DNA of 64,000 nt from Harriotta raleighana (Eukaryota): contig JBNZDD010013714.1 in NCBI GenBank assembly GCA_050575255.1, positions 890,615 to 954,614 of the forward strand, read 5' to 3'. The position numbers and the translations under genes are program-made. The notes under the pieces were generated by a model that worked only from the letters and a program-made list of their open reading frames with translations, did no database searches and was not told the origin of the DNA. Shown piece by piece: positions 13,922-27,349 of the stretch (position 1 is the first letter of the stretch; every line of letters begins with the position of its first letter).

Positions 13922-14240
13922 GGAGTCCTGGAGCTTAGAGCACAGTTAGAGCACTCGCCTTACAAGTGAGAGACCTGGGTTCGATTACAGGCTGGGCAAA
14001 ACCTTGGGCAAGTTTGCTTACTCCACACGCTTGAAAATAATCCCTCGATAAAAAACAATAATAATTGGTCATTTCAATCCACAACAGTTTGTGGGACACT
14101 GCTGTGAGCAATTGGCTGCTGCGTTTCACCCACAAATATACAGACAATTCACCTTAAAGTATATTCTGTGAAGCGCTTTCAGATGTCTAGAAGATGTAAA
14201 AAGTGCTATATCAAATACTGTACAAGGATTATTATTATAT
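13922..14240 (+). mobile_element. tRNA-headed SINE, full length, Deu-like body with (tta)n tail
   Basis: ggagtcctg...agagcactcgccttacaag...ggttcgatt head with A/B boxes, tgtgggacactgctgtg body and aaggattattatt tail. Confidence 0.9.
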
Positions 14241-16493
14241 AAATGCGCAGTGTCATATTTGGGCCACTTTTTATATTTGAACAAAACCATTGGTCCTCTC
14301 CCACACAAAGATTAAATCACTCATTCCCCACAGATTCTTTAGGTAGGGCTTCAAACCATGAAGATAGGGCACCACAACAGGAACAATAAGGTACAGAGCA
14401 TAACACACAGCAATGTCAAGCACCAGGAAGAGCACCTCATAACTCATACCAGGTTCAAAGAATTGTGTTTTTCATAGTGGAATAGACTCATCTGCTATGC
14501 ACTGTTTGTGGGGGGTAGTATTTACATTATTTAAAAGAATCTAACTGTAAACCATTGGCACTATCAATCAATCAAAATTACATTTACATAGTACCTTTCA
14601 GGTCGGGAGGACGTCCCAAGGCGCTGTACAATCAAGTAGGGATCAGAGCGGAGTGGGGGGGAGGGATCGGGGGAAGGAAAGTAGGAAGAATTGACTGTAT
14701 ATTTGTGGGCAATCCAACACAAAATGCAGAAACAACAACAACAAAATTACACTTGTTTGTGGGTCCTTGAATTTCCCAGCATTAATTGATGGGCTCCAAT
14801 GGTTTATGAATAGAATAATCAATAGAATAATCAATATCCAAGCTGCTTTACAAGCAAGAATCTAATCTAGGTGTTCAGAAGCCTGCAGAAAATAATTATT
14901 AACTGTGAGTGAATCAGAGGCTGGAACCTAATTGAGGGGTTTGTATGCCTTATATATAGAATGATGGATCCAAGGTGTAAGTTATAGACTGGAATCTAAA
15001 TCAATGTTTCAGATTGTTTATTTATAGTATGTTGAGGACCAGAGAGAGAAGCTGGAATATCTTAGGGGTTCCGATAAGATTTAAAAATCAAAAGAGTGAA
15101 CCTACAAACACTTGTAATTTCAATCTCAGACCTGCATCAGATTACAGTGGGTTATTCTTTCCAAAATAAACATTCAGAATAATATAAAAATAATCCTTCC
15201 ATTTAATATCGAGCCTCGAAATGTCTCAAAGTGTCTCAAAGTATATATTCTGTAAAGTATAGTAACAGTACATTTGTAGACAAACAAAGCAATCAATTGC
15301 TATAAGGAATGTCCGTAAGGAACTATGAAGTGAAGGAGCATATTATTTTATCTGCAAAATTGTTGCCCAAGATACTGGAACAAACTTGCTTTTTTTCAGG
15401 TGATGCCATGGGATTGCTAACATCTAATTCTAAATGGGGATTTTTTCTGTTAGTGTTTTGTCAGGGATATGTATGTGAAGGAGTTACTCAGAGCTTCTTC
15501 AGTGCAAGATTGCAGTGGAGATCACAACGCTATGCTTCTGCGGGCCCATTTACTGTTGCACCAATAATAAACTCTATTCCGTTTTCAAATAAACGCCACT
15601 TGCAGAGGCACAATTTAAACTTTCCTAATGCAAAATTTTATTTAATGGGTTTATTAATACATTTGCCATTCACATCTCATGGCTATTATAGGATCTTGCT
15701 GGTACAACTGGCTGCTGCATTTACTTACAAAGTCAGTCACTAGAGTCATTACAAATTACGTGACGGTAATTTTATGTGTTGCGCTTTGAAATATTCAATG
15801 TAATATAGTGCTAAAATATGCAAGTTCTTTCCATTACTTGTGCCATTTATTCCCAGCTGAGTCAGCACTGTGGAGTGCAACCTGAGAAATACATCCACTT
15901 CTTTCAGCTGAAGGTGTGCTGTAACTGAACAGCAGGAAAATCAATTCGCAACAGTACAATTAGCTTGTCTACTGGAGAAGTCTGACTCCAGTAATTGTGG
16001 AGGCAAACCTCGCTTGGGCTTTTAAAAACACCCTTATACCACACAGTTAAGCAAATTGAAGGGTAACTGCTGCAATTTTTTTTAAAAAGGGAGGTTAATT
16101 AAAACCATATTTTGCAATAATTATGGTTAAGATTCTGCCTTGCTCACCATGTAAGTGAGTATCAGCATTTTACTTACAGTCTGGTCAAGAATCAAAGTAC
16201 TGTATTGAAACAAGAAAAACTGACTGGATTGGATGCAAAAATTCTAACTCGAAACTCAACCAGCTCTTCTTATAGTTCAACTGATAAAGCATTTGTCTAG
16301 ATTGAACCTGAGCCACATAGATCAGGTAGGGAGGAGCTAGGTTAATACTTCACTATCCACTGCTCCAACTCCTATTGGAAAGCAAACATGTCAAAAAGAT
16401 CCAGTTCAGCCACAAAACTGTTTGGCCATTTATCTTGTTAGCATTTTCCAATCAAATATCATGAATCACCACTTGGGTAAGATATCAGAAAAG

Positions 16494-16800
16494 TAATAAT
16501 AATACCTTGCATTTGATATAGTGCTTTTCACGTCTTCTAGACGTCTCAAAGTGCTTCACAGAATATACCATAAAATGAATTGATTGTATAATTGTGGGCG
16601 AAACGCAGCAGCCAATCGTGCACAGCAGTGTCCCACAAGCAATTGAGGATTGAAATGACCAATTTGTTACTTTTTTTTAGAGGGATTATTATCAGGCATA
16701 TCGAGTAAGCAAACTTGTCCAAGGTTTTTCCCCGCCTGGAATTGAATCCAGGACTCTTGCTTGCAAGGCGAGTGCTCTAACCGCTAAGGTATAGGACTCC
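16494..16800 (-). mobile_element. Same SINE family, full length, inverted
   Basis: Reverse complement of the 13922 copy from tail to ggactcc head. Confidence 0.9.
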
Positions 16801-17245
16801 ATGGCAAGTATTCCAAGTACTCCAGGATATTGGGATGGATCACTATAAACACAGCAAAGTCATACAATGAGCTACATTGGGGGGCTGTTTAAAGTTGTCG
16901 AACACTTTCATTCAATACATTGCCCTATTACTGGATTATGTCTAGATTGAACCTGAGCCTGTGTATGTTGATCCTCTGTGGTGATCTTGGTAGTATGGTT
17001 CCCGAGCCAGGCAGGTCTGGGGCAATCCAAGACTCTGTAGGTTCCAGCCAGCCTAGTTTGTTAGTAGGATTGGAAAGAGCTGACCAGTCATGAGGGCATA
17101 ATTCTCCCCACTTGAATCCTGTTAATTTTGCAAATTATCGCTCTAAAAATGAGTAAGGTGATTGTAGCTAGATAATCGGAAAGAAGCTTGCCAGTGTGAA
17201 AAAAAGCTGTTATGCAAGCACAAAATATATTCAAGACCTACTTAC

Positions 17246-17419
17246 GTGACAGAACGCTCATAACTCATGGCAGCAACAATTCTGGACTCCATTCCTATTG
17301 CTGTAAGTGGGATGTTACTATTTTCCTTCATTGTGTACCTCTGGTGACGACGCTTTTTCACACTCTTCAGAAAGTGTTTCACTCCTGCCTTAAGCTTTTC
17401 TTCCTGCTCGTTCAATTCC
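17246..17419 (-). CDS. Exon 4 (ELNEQEEKLKAGVKHFLKSVKKRRHQRY...ESRIVAAMSYERSV)
   Basis: ttcttgttccag| acceptor and AC|gtaagt donor; 174 nt, phase 2 to 2. Overlaps track ORF 17242..17448. IVAAMSY resembles GCN5 VVGGITY. Confidence 0.88.
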
Positions 17420-17906
17420 CTGGAACAAGAATACAAAATATCAAGCACAGATGCAAAAACAGGATTCGGCTTACCTCGCGTGAGGTATATCAGTGGAACA
17501 GTTTCATTTCAGCACCTAAATAAAGCGATGCTAAAGAATATGGTTTGTGTGCCTATGTACATAGAAAAGTACAGAAAGAGACTGTAAAAGATCTCTGTGG
17601 TTTATTTGTCTGGTTCAAAAATGCCACAAAACAGTTTTGGAATCCAAAATTTATGGAACACAGACTTTCAAGGGTGTAATTTTACATTGCGTTTATTCTA
17701 GTACATGGCAGTTGTAAAACTGCTGGGGGAATGGGGCAGAGTCAGGATTCAGGAGTGGCTGTATTTGCTTGTGCTTTACATATCTGCAGGTTCTGAGATA
17801 AGTGAATTTGAATGTGAGAAAATTAGATGACAGAAGCTCAGGCTAATTCATGTCCTCTTTTTATGCCCTCCTTACTCTCATCAGGCTCAACTGACCAAAG
17901 GGCCAT

Positions 17907-18168
17907 GGAGTCCTGTAGCTCAGTGGTTGGAGCACTCACCTTACAAGCGTGAGATCTGTATTCGAAACCAAGCAGGTCAGGGCAAAACCTTGGGCAAGTT
18001 TCCTTTCTCCACATGCCTAATAATAATCCCTCCAAAACAAAACAATAATTGGTCATTTCAATCCAAAACTGTTTGAGGGACGCTGCTGTGCGCAATTGGC
18101 TGCCACGTTTCGCCCAAAGATATAGTCAATTCACTTTACAGTATATTCTGTGAAGCACTTTGAAATGT
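17907..18168 (+). mobile_element. Same SINE family, near full length
   Basis: ggagtcctgtagctcagtgg head plus body; tail truncated. Confidence 0.9.
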
Positions 18169-20894
18169 AAGGAACTAATATTTTGCATGAATGTAACATA
18201 CACATTTCTGCTCTTCTATTTCACATGAAATAATGCCCTGAAGAAATATTGCAGCAGGACAACTAGTTGCCGGAACTAACATAGACATTTCCAAGGGTAT
18301 TATTTAGTGAAAACTAAAGGAGCACATGGTTGGAGAAAATGAAATTTATGATACATGATACATCTCAGTCGTTTATTTCAAGTAAAAAGTGAGGGGGAAA
18401 TGGGACTATTAATTATGACGTGGATTGAAACGTTTATGACAATGTGTAGAAATCAACAGAAATTGGTTTAAATTTTCTTAAAACCATAACCAAATTAGAT
18501 GAAGGTGTGAGAAAGCTAATCATTCTAGAAGCACAGTATTTGTGTAAAGTTATGCCATTGTAATGTACAGCTAAGACTCCGCAGCAGAAATGTTGTGTGC
18601 CCTGATAGTCACTGTCAAGGAAGACTCCAGTTTTGATCCATAGTCGAGTTAACTCCGTGGTTGTAGAGGCACTAAATGTGGTCACTGTGCTGCCTTGCTG
18701 AAAGGAAGTGCTGGTGGAGAAAGAGAACATAGAAAAAAAGGCCAGGAAATAGCCATGGTACCCATTCCCACTATTTAACTATCTAACCTACTCGAGAGTC
18801 CACTATTGTGTGTAGGCATTTTGTGAAGATGGGACAGTGTTTTTTGGGGGTATCTGACATGTGGAAACCATCACTGTGCTTAAGAATCACACTCTTCCCC
18901 ATCCCACCCCCCCACTCTAAGAGGGACGCTTACACAATTCCAGAGAATGTTAGGCACAGGTTGGCAAGAACCAATCCTTAGGGCCCCACAGTGTACGTAG
19001 GGGAACTGCTAGAGTCTAACCAGCTAAACCCACACAGCTTGCCACTGAGCAGGAATCTGGCATGCTTTCTAGCTGCTTGACCATCTTGGACCATGCTTTG
19101 CTTTAGGGTAAACAGGAGCTGAATGGGAAGAATTCCAGGCCCCAGTCTGTTCATTGAAGTCTTACTGATGAGTCAGACTGGCTAATCTGTCATCAGCAAT
19201 GAACTTGGAGTACTGTGGATCTCTCTGGAGTTCAGAAACACTGCTGCAAAATGTGCAGTAATGGGCCTAGCTGCTCCCCATTGCCTGCTGACGCTCATTG
19301 TTGAGAACGACAACTTGGTAAAGTGCTGGAGGATCACCAGCACTTGTGAAATGTACCCCATCGTGACCCAATACTTTCAGGAAATAGAGAGTAATTGGAG
19401 AAGGAAAAATACTTAGCCCTCTCCCTCCCTTAACTTAATCATACTGACTCAGGATACGAACAGTACAGATTACAGAATCTTTTATCCACTTGGTTTATAT
19501 TAAGCATTTAGCCCCACAGGGAATAAAGCCATTCCTTTGAACCTGTATGAGATTTACTTTGCTATCTCCTATTATTGGAGGACAGCACTGCAGCACATAC
19601 AGATAATTATTTTTAAACAAAAAGAAACTTTCACAAACAGATTGAACTGCTGCCATTGCTGCTGAGGTCTGCATGAGACGTCTGTGGTGTTGGTCTCTGC
19701 AGGTATAAGAGCAGCATGGTAGATCAATCTGCGTCATCCACATGAAGTGTGTTTCTGAATGAAATGCAGAGGGACTTGGTGGCTATGTCATCAAGGAACG
19801 CAAATTCAACGGTTACAATAATACATATTCTTTCTCAAGCATTCAAACATTTCACTATAACTTTAATTTCTTGTATGTAGACAGTTAGTTAGTTGAAATA
19901 ACCCCTTGCCTCCTTCAAGATCCTCCTTTTCAACCGTGCCTTTGGTCACCCTCCTCCCTCTACCCCACCCCACCATCTTTCCAACCCTCCTGATCCCAAC
20001 CACCAGCTCAGTGCGGATCCCTGACTGTCCAATGCTTTGGAACATCCTCCTGATGTGAAGGGCACCATATAATGTAATCTGTTGTTGAAGTATACGCGGA
20101 AGGAATGATACACAAACAAGCATGGCCGACCACAATGTTTATAGCCTTTTAACATTAATGTGCAGCAATTAAAAGTGAATAGAAGTGCACAAATAAAGTG
20201 AAAAGATTGAACCAGAAACACTATCCTCTGGTGACTGATGGTGAAAATAAAATGTCTTCAAGAATCAATTTTTATTTTAAAACAAGGTCAAAATAACTCC
20301 ACAAAGAATACAGCGAATTCAAGCCTGTCTCCATGTTTAGGTGTAAAATAAGAGATGCTAAACGAGACAAAATTTCACATATTCATGTCACCTCAACATG
20401 GAAATTTTCATCTTTGGATGCAAAGTGTAGGTTGCCTTGAGGGATGCACATGCTTATCCAATTCTGGAGAGTATTCCATGCAGGTTGAAAAGAGCCACTG
20501 CCTGGGGTCCCCAGAGTGTGCAATGGAGTAATTGCTTGATTTTAACCAACGAAAACCTGATATCTTATCATCGGGAGCAATGTTAGGCAAGCTTCCCACT
20601 GCTTGTCCAACTAGGCCCCGACCCCTTAGGGCTTTGGCTTATAAAGTTAATAGGAGCTGAGTGAGAAGAATCCCAGCCCCCAAGTCCTATTGATAAGACA
20701 AACAGGTCTGTTATCAACAGTACCCTATAGTAGAGTGGACCCACCTGCCTTAGAAATTGGGACTACCAAACTTGCCAGAGGGTTGACTAGATTTTGACAG
20801 TTGCCAACCAATTAACCTTATTTCCTCAACTTACCCTCCTGGAGGATAGTCACAAGTTGATTGTTTAATTAATTTAATGATTGTTTAAAAAAAT

Positions 20895-22155
20895 TTAATT
20901 GATCATTTCACTGTTTGTGGGATACTGCTGTGCACAATTGGCTGCTGCATTTCACCCACAAATGTAGTCAATTCACTTTACAGTATATTCTGTGAAGCAC
21001 TTTGAGACGTCTAGAAGAAGTGAAAAGCGCTATATCAAATGCAAGGAATATTATTATTATCAAGAGAAATACTTTACAGTTATTGTGTTCAAAGAATAGT
21101 TACGGTAACATGGAAACCAAGATATGTGGGTAACTAGGATGAAGATTTGAATTTCTTCCTCCATTTAAAATATTAATTCTGGTCTCCCGATGTGAAAGGC
21201 ACTATAGAAATGTAATTTTGTTATTGTGGTTAATAGTTCTTACAATCTCTTTCTGGTCATTCTGCTCAAAAAACCCACTTACTTATCTGACTCAGTCTCA
21301 GACTCTCCTTCAGTACTCTCAGAGTCACTGAAGACCTCGGAAAACAACCCTGGTTTCTCCACTTCATCCTCTTCATCCAGGTTTGGTGATTTGGTGTCAG
21401 GAATATCTACCAGAGATGTTCTTGCAATCTTCATGTATTCCTCACACACATCTGACATGAGAGGAAGAGAGAGAAAGACATCACCCCAGGATTAACAGCT
21501 TTCACAGTTCTACTGAAAGGTTACTGTTTCATAAATAAAGAGGTCTCAGATGCAACAGAGTGAAACAACGGTTCAAGATCCTGGTCCACACCTTAAAACC
21601 CGTCATAGCCTCGCTACACACTACCTACAAATTTTCACCCACAAATATACAGTCAATGCACTTTACAGTATTTTGTGAACTGCTTTGAGACATCTAGAAG
21701 ATGTGAAAAACGCTATATCAAATGCAAAGATTATTATTATTTATTATTACCCCTGGAACCTCTTAATTCCCTACCAACTTGCCGTTCCCACTACTCAGCG
21801 GACTCCGTCCTATTTCTCGTCCCCCACCTCGTCTGGCCTACTATTAGCAGGTGGACCTTCAGCCACTCGGGCCCCACCATCTGGAACTCTATCCCACACT
21901 TTCCAAACTTATTACATACAGAATCCTTGTAGCTGGCACAGATAAAATATTTACAACCCGTCAAAAAAATACAATAATAAATTGATAATTTCAATCCATT
22001 ATGGTTTGTGGGACACTGAGATGTGCAATTGGCTGCTGCGTTTCGCTCACAAATATACAGTCAATTCATTTTACAGTATTTTGTGTGAAGCACTTTGAGA
22101 TGTCTAGAAGACATGAAAAGTGCTGTATCAAATGCAAGGATTATTCTTATTATAT
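20895..22155 (+). mobile_element. Region holding three 5'-truncated SINE copies (about 20895-21060, 21630-21750, 21975-22155) around exon 3
   Basis: Repeated cccacaaatatacagtcaattcactttacag...aaatgcaaggattatt. Confidence 0.8.
21283..21451 (-). CDS. Exon 3, acidic insertion (DVCEEYMKIARTSLVDIPDTKSPNLDEEDEVEKPGLFSEVFSDSESTEGESETESD)
   Basis: Long polypyrimidine tract plus cag| acceptor and AA|gtaagt donor; 169 nt, phase 1 to 2, open frame continuing exon 2. Confidence 0.85.
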
Positions 22156-22384
22156 AATAGTCTATACAGCATTTAAATTGTTCTACCACCGATGAAAGTA
22201 TTGTGTGCTAAGCCACTAATACTAACGTTGTAGATAGAGACTATGCTTGCAATGATATAAAAGTGAATCAAACTGCAAATATGGTCATTGGGTCTCATTT
22301 GCATTAAATTAAATTTTCATGATCACAAAACATAGTTCAATATACTGCTTGTAACAAATCAGACAGCATTTATGAGATTGCTAC

Positions 22385-22520
22385 CTTTCTCATCTCTCGC
22401 CAATATGATGGTTTTAGTTCCTCTGGCACAGACAGTGGCTCCAAGATCTTCTGGTCCAATATTGGGAAGACAGACATCATAAAGTGCAGTAACTGTGTGT
22501 ATCAACTCCTGATTGGAGAC
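22385..22520 (-). CDS. Exon 2 (VSNQELIHTVTALYDVCLPNIGPEDLGATVCARGTKTIILARDEK), N-terminal helices/beta2 of the GNAT fold
   Basis: ttttctgtag| acceptor and AAAG|gtagca donor; 136 nt, phase 0 to 1, open frame. LYDVCLPNI resembles GCN5 IFQKQLPKM. Confidence 0.85.
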
Positions 22521-23119
22521 CTACAGAAAAGAACTTTGTTATAAGCCAATTGATTGGAGTTCTGTGAGTGGATTTCCTATTTTTGGGTTCAGCCTCTTGT
22601 AACAGATGTTTCCTGTATTACCTTAGATTGGATAGTTACTGGGAGGGCAGAGCCCGATCCCAATTTGGTTTCCAAGTTCAAATGAAGTTATGGACATTTT
22701 TGAGTAAAACCAAAACAATCAGAAAAGGTTAGAGGTAATTATCAAAAGGATGCCAATAAACTTGGGATGCCAAAACTTGACAATGCACCTAAATGGCTTT
22801 ACATACAGGCAAGGGGGGTTTGCATCAAACTAAAATTAAATACTGTATGACATGTCGATAAGATGTGGAAAGCGCTATATAAATGTAAGGATTATTATTA
22901 TATCATGAGCTTTATATACAGTGCCATCTAATATTACGTGAAGCCAACCTAAATGTCTAGTAGTAATGTCAGTTCACAAGCTTTGCCTAATTAGTTCACA
23001 GCAAGGGCTGTATTCCTGAAGAAGAGAAAGAATTTGAGATGACGTTTGTATTTATCCACTAGGCCATGTAGACAAACTACAAGCTGTATTTGGGCAGACT
23101 AGGGTAAGTCTCCTTTTAA

Positions 23120-24160
23120 AACAACAACAAAATTACATTTATAGAGCGACTTTCACGTCGGGAGGCCATCCCAAGGCTCTGAACATTCAGGTCGGGACCC
23201 AAGCAAGGGAGAGGGGCAGGGTAGTGGGGAGTGGCAGGAGAGATTTAGGAGGGGAGGGAGAGAGTTGGGAAAGCAGCAGAAGGCACAGTTGAAGAAGAAG
23301 ATCTTGAGACCACCTTGAAGGAGGTGAGGGAGGGAGCAAGACGAAGGGACTGTGAGAATAAGTTCCAGAGTGTGGGGGAAGAGAGGCTGAGAGCCGATGG
23401 TAGGAGGGGGACATGGTTACCTGACCGCCTGCCCACTCACATAGAGAATGGTGCACCAGAGAATTTAAAACAAATTTAAAAACAAATTATTTTAAATGTA
23501 TATTACAAGTTGAGGTCACACATTTAATGTACACACATTTAATGTACTATTCAATCAACATGTTTGTCTCTCATTCTTGTCTTCATCACATCCAGGCTGG
23601 ACTATGCAAACCCCCTGATTGTCGGCCTTCCCAATTCCTCCCTCCATAGGCTGCAGATCATCCAGAATTCTGCTGTCTGTGTCTTTTACCGCTCCAAACT
23701 CCCTGACCCCATCTCCCCAATACTCGCCCAACTCTATAGGCTCCCATCATCCAGAGGATTCAATTCAAGATTCTGGAACTCACTTTCAAAGCTCTCCACG
23801 GCCTTGCCTTACCCTACCTTTGTGACCTATTATCCCCCTAATAACCTGCCCGCTCATCCGCCTCTAGCCTGCTCCATGTCCCTGACCCACCCTCCTCTCC
23901 ATCACCAGGCAAGCCTTCAGCCACTTGGCCCCTAACCTCTGGAATTCTGTTCCACAGTCCCTCGTCCCTCCCTAATCTCCTTCCGGTTCCGCCTCAAGAC
24001 CCTCCTCTTCGACGGTCCCATCAGTGACTCCAAATCCCTTCCTTTCCCTCCACCCCCACCAATGCCCACCCCACCTCGGGTATGAAACATTGATTGTTCA
24101 GCGCCTGGGAGTGTCTTGCCGACATGAAAGATACTATACAAATGTAATTTTGTTGTTGTT
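23120..24160. mobile_element. Two divergently oriented L2 3' ends (23120-23432 minus; 23565-24160 plus)
   Basis: FITSRLDYANPLIVGLP RT C-terminal motif; tgtaattttgttgttg tails at both outer ends. Confidence 0.85.
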
Positions 24161-26282
24161 AAATTATCATAAATAGGCTTTTTCAGCACAGAAGGCATCC
24201 CTTCAGCCCATCATTTCTCTGTAACTCCCTGTATTCCAACTCCCCTAATTTTTTTCCGATACCATTTTATATTTTTCCCTTTTCATCTATGTGTAATTGC
24301 CATAACATGTTAATATTCATGTACCCTGTGCCTTAATCTTTAAAATTTTGTAAGTTTCCGGCAAGCTTCAAGGGCTCATCAGCTAAGAAAAGCACCAGCA
24401 GATAGCTTGGGGCTAGTCAAGTTGTGTGAGTTACCCGTAACCCACATGCAAGTGTGATACATGCATTTCATTACATCGTGTGGCTAGATCATACATTTGT
24501 CTGCATTATTCTGTTATACATTGCAAATTCAAAACAGGTCTTTGTTTACTATCCCCTTAGAGGAAACTTGGATAAGACAATACATTTATGGTGTGCCTGC
24601 AATTTCTGACCAAAAACAATCTGAAACTACAACAGGGAGACAGCATACAATAGAATTACCATGAAATATGTCCTACGAAGAAGTGGCACAAACATAACAT
24701 TTTGATACAAAGGCTGCACATAAACCAGGAAGTGAAGCCATGTCACTGTCCAAATTACAGAACAGCATTGACATCTTGGTCCACACCTTTAAAGCCCCTC
24801 ATGGCCTCACTACACACAACAAAAATTTTGAAAATGGCCCAATGAGTCGCTAAGGAACTTCTGTAAGGTGACAATTATTTACGGAAGATTTCAAATGATC
24901 TTGGTTCAGTAATTCTCAATCCAGGATGCAACATATCTATGGAGATATAGTTTACCATCCCTTTATAGGTCTTTATTCTTGGGTATTGGTTGATGTGGTT
25001 GATGTCTTTCTATTGGTTTGTGAATCACAACTCAGCTGGCATTCTTAGGCACAACAGTAGAGTAGGTAAAGAATGACCATTGAAACTTTTCATCTTATCT
25101 CCAGGCCTCTATGTGTACAGATGTTAGTTCCATATTCTTCACAAACATCAATCAGAGACACACAGATGACACAAAAAGTGTCCCTTCCAGCTCATTACTA
25201 TAACCCTGTATTATGTCACCAAAGTGGGGAAAATTGTATTGACCACATTCACTTTTTTATTTTGGGAAATTCTATCATTTTTGGAGATTAACACACCAAA
25301 AGAGGCTGGAAAGTATTTCAAGCTGTTTTGCTTTGAGCTAAATGGCCACAGGATCTGTCTAATCTTCAGGCAGCTGTTCCTTGCACAGAGAATCACATGG
25401 AGGATAGCAAAAGGGTAAATGTCATGTAGGCACGCAAATGAGAGACAGCTCTATGTAAAATGTTTCCATCCCCTATGCAGAACTGCCTGAGTATTGTAGA
25501 ACAAAACAATCAAATGTTTTTTTTGTCAAAAGAATACCCTACACAGCTCCAGTTTTATTCACACTTACACTCCATTTGGATGTAGCAAATTCTACCAGTA
25601 AGCCCTAGAAACAATTTTACAACATAGCCCCTTATTGAAACAAAGTCTGGGCAATTACATAATGACTAACCCATACTCTCTTGAATAGTAAACTGTTGTA
25701 CAATGTTGTCATCCAATGATTACAAATCCTTGTTACCCACTTCTGAAACTTTCGGTGAAGCAGTTGTATTGGTAAATTGGGCAGCTCAAAGTACAGTACA
25801 GTACCTCATAGGAGAATCAACTGACATTTCTAATCTGTCTCCTTTTATATGCATCTATGCATTTCTTCAAGCCATCTGACATACTTGCCTGCTCTCCAAA
25901 CAAAAGGAGAATACAGTTTAGTAACCTTTTAATAGAACTTGAAGATTTTGAGAAAGTTTGGTACCCCCAAATTCCAACTAGTTTATTGTGAAGGGGATTT
26001 AAAACAAGGTTTTTAAAAAAGATACTTTTATTATGTGTATTTACTACAAACTTCAGTAGTTGCACCAATTCCAAACTATGTTACAGCATGGACATTCACA
26101 GCGTATGAATTATCTATTCACCCTGATCCTTTGGGTGTGTGTATAAGCTATTGGCTAAATGATCAACAATAACAGGCATTTCTTTTCCCTAATATAAAAG
26201 TCCAAAAAACTTCTGTCTGGATTTACTGTGGGTAAAAATACAATATTCTATAAAGTCAGCAGCTGGTTGACAAATAACTGTT

Positions 26283-26296
26283 GTTTCTAGGGCAAC
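26283..26296. promoter_or_regulatory. Candidate intronic RFX X-box (GTTTCTAGGGCAAC)
   Basis: Motif match in non-repetitive intron-1 sequence; could be a chance match. Confidence 0.3.
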
Positions 26297-27349
26297 AGAT
26301 CAGCCAGCCGTCCCATTTGGTATGAGGCTGTATTTTGCACTCTGTGAGAGGTACATCCTGCTAAATTTTCATGCTTAGACTTGCAATCAAATTATAACTC
26401 ATACCTTGCTGGGCAGACTTCATTACAATAGAGCCGCTTGTCTCTAATAAATAACTCTGATTTAAAAATATATTAAGTAGAAATAATTTGAACTAAAAAT
26501 AGTGGCTTTTATAATTCAATAAGGATTAAGTCTGCCACATGTCAAGAATACTCATCTTAAATAAGCTTTGATTGGTTTTCCATGATCAAACTACTGTAAT
26601 ACAACCAAGAAAGTAAACAGCCATTATAGTATTTTCCCAGAAAGCTCTGGGATACTACCCTGCATGAGGGAGTTGTTGTTGATAATAGGGAAATAAAGAA
26701 CAATTTTAATTTAGAAACATGACAGACAGTGCAGGACATCGGGAAAAATATAAAAAGAAACAAAAGGGTAAAAATTAAGACAGAGTAATTTTTGACATAC
26801 TTGACATACTTTGACAGCCTTGCATTGTAATGAGAAGGAAATACAATATTGAGGGAGGCAAGTTATTCCAGCATCTTGAAGTCACAGAATAAATATTTAA
26901 GGGTAAAGCAGAGCAATGAGATATGTAGGAGTATATCAGACAACATCCTATATTTGCTCTTGGGAAAAGGTAAAAAAACTTTGTTCAGGAAAAGCAATAA
27001 CCCGAGCAATATTGATTGAAAAGCAGATCTGCAAGATTGAGATGATAAGAGAGACGATGGAGGCTACAACAAAGAAAAAGATCATCTGTACTGCTATCCA
27101 GAAATATGAAACGACCAACAGAACCCCTCCAGTTTGGGGAGCGATATTCAAGTATTGAAGATTTTAGCTGTTAGCTTTCAGAGTTAAGAGCTGCTGAGAG
27201 GTATGACAGAGGAACCTGAGCTTCTTAGAAGCTTATTTGACAGTGTAAGAGATATGAGAAATCCATTTGAGATCAGAGGCGTTGGCTATGGCTAGTCCTG
27301 TGAGAAACATGAAGAACCAATCGCTTTTTAGGATGTGAAAGAAACAAGA

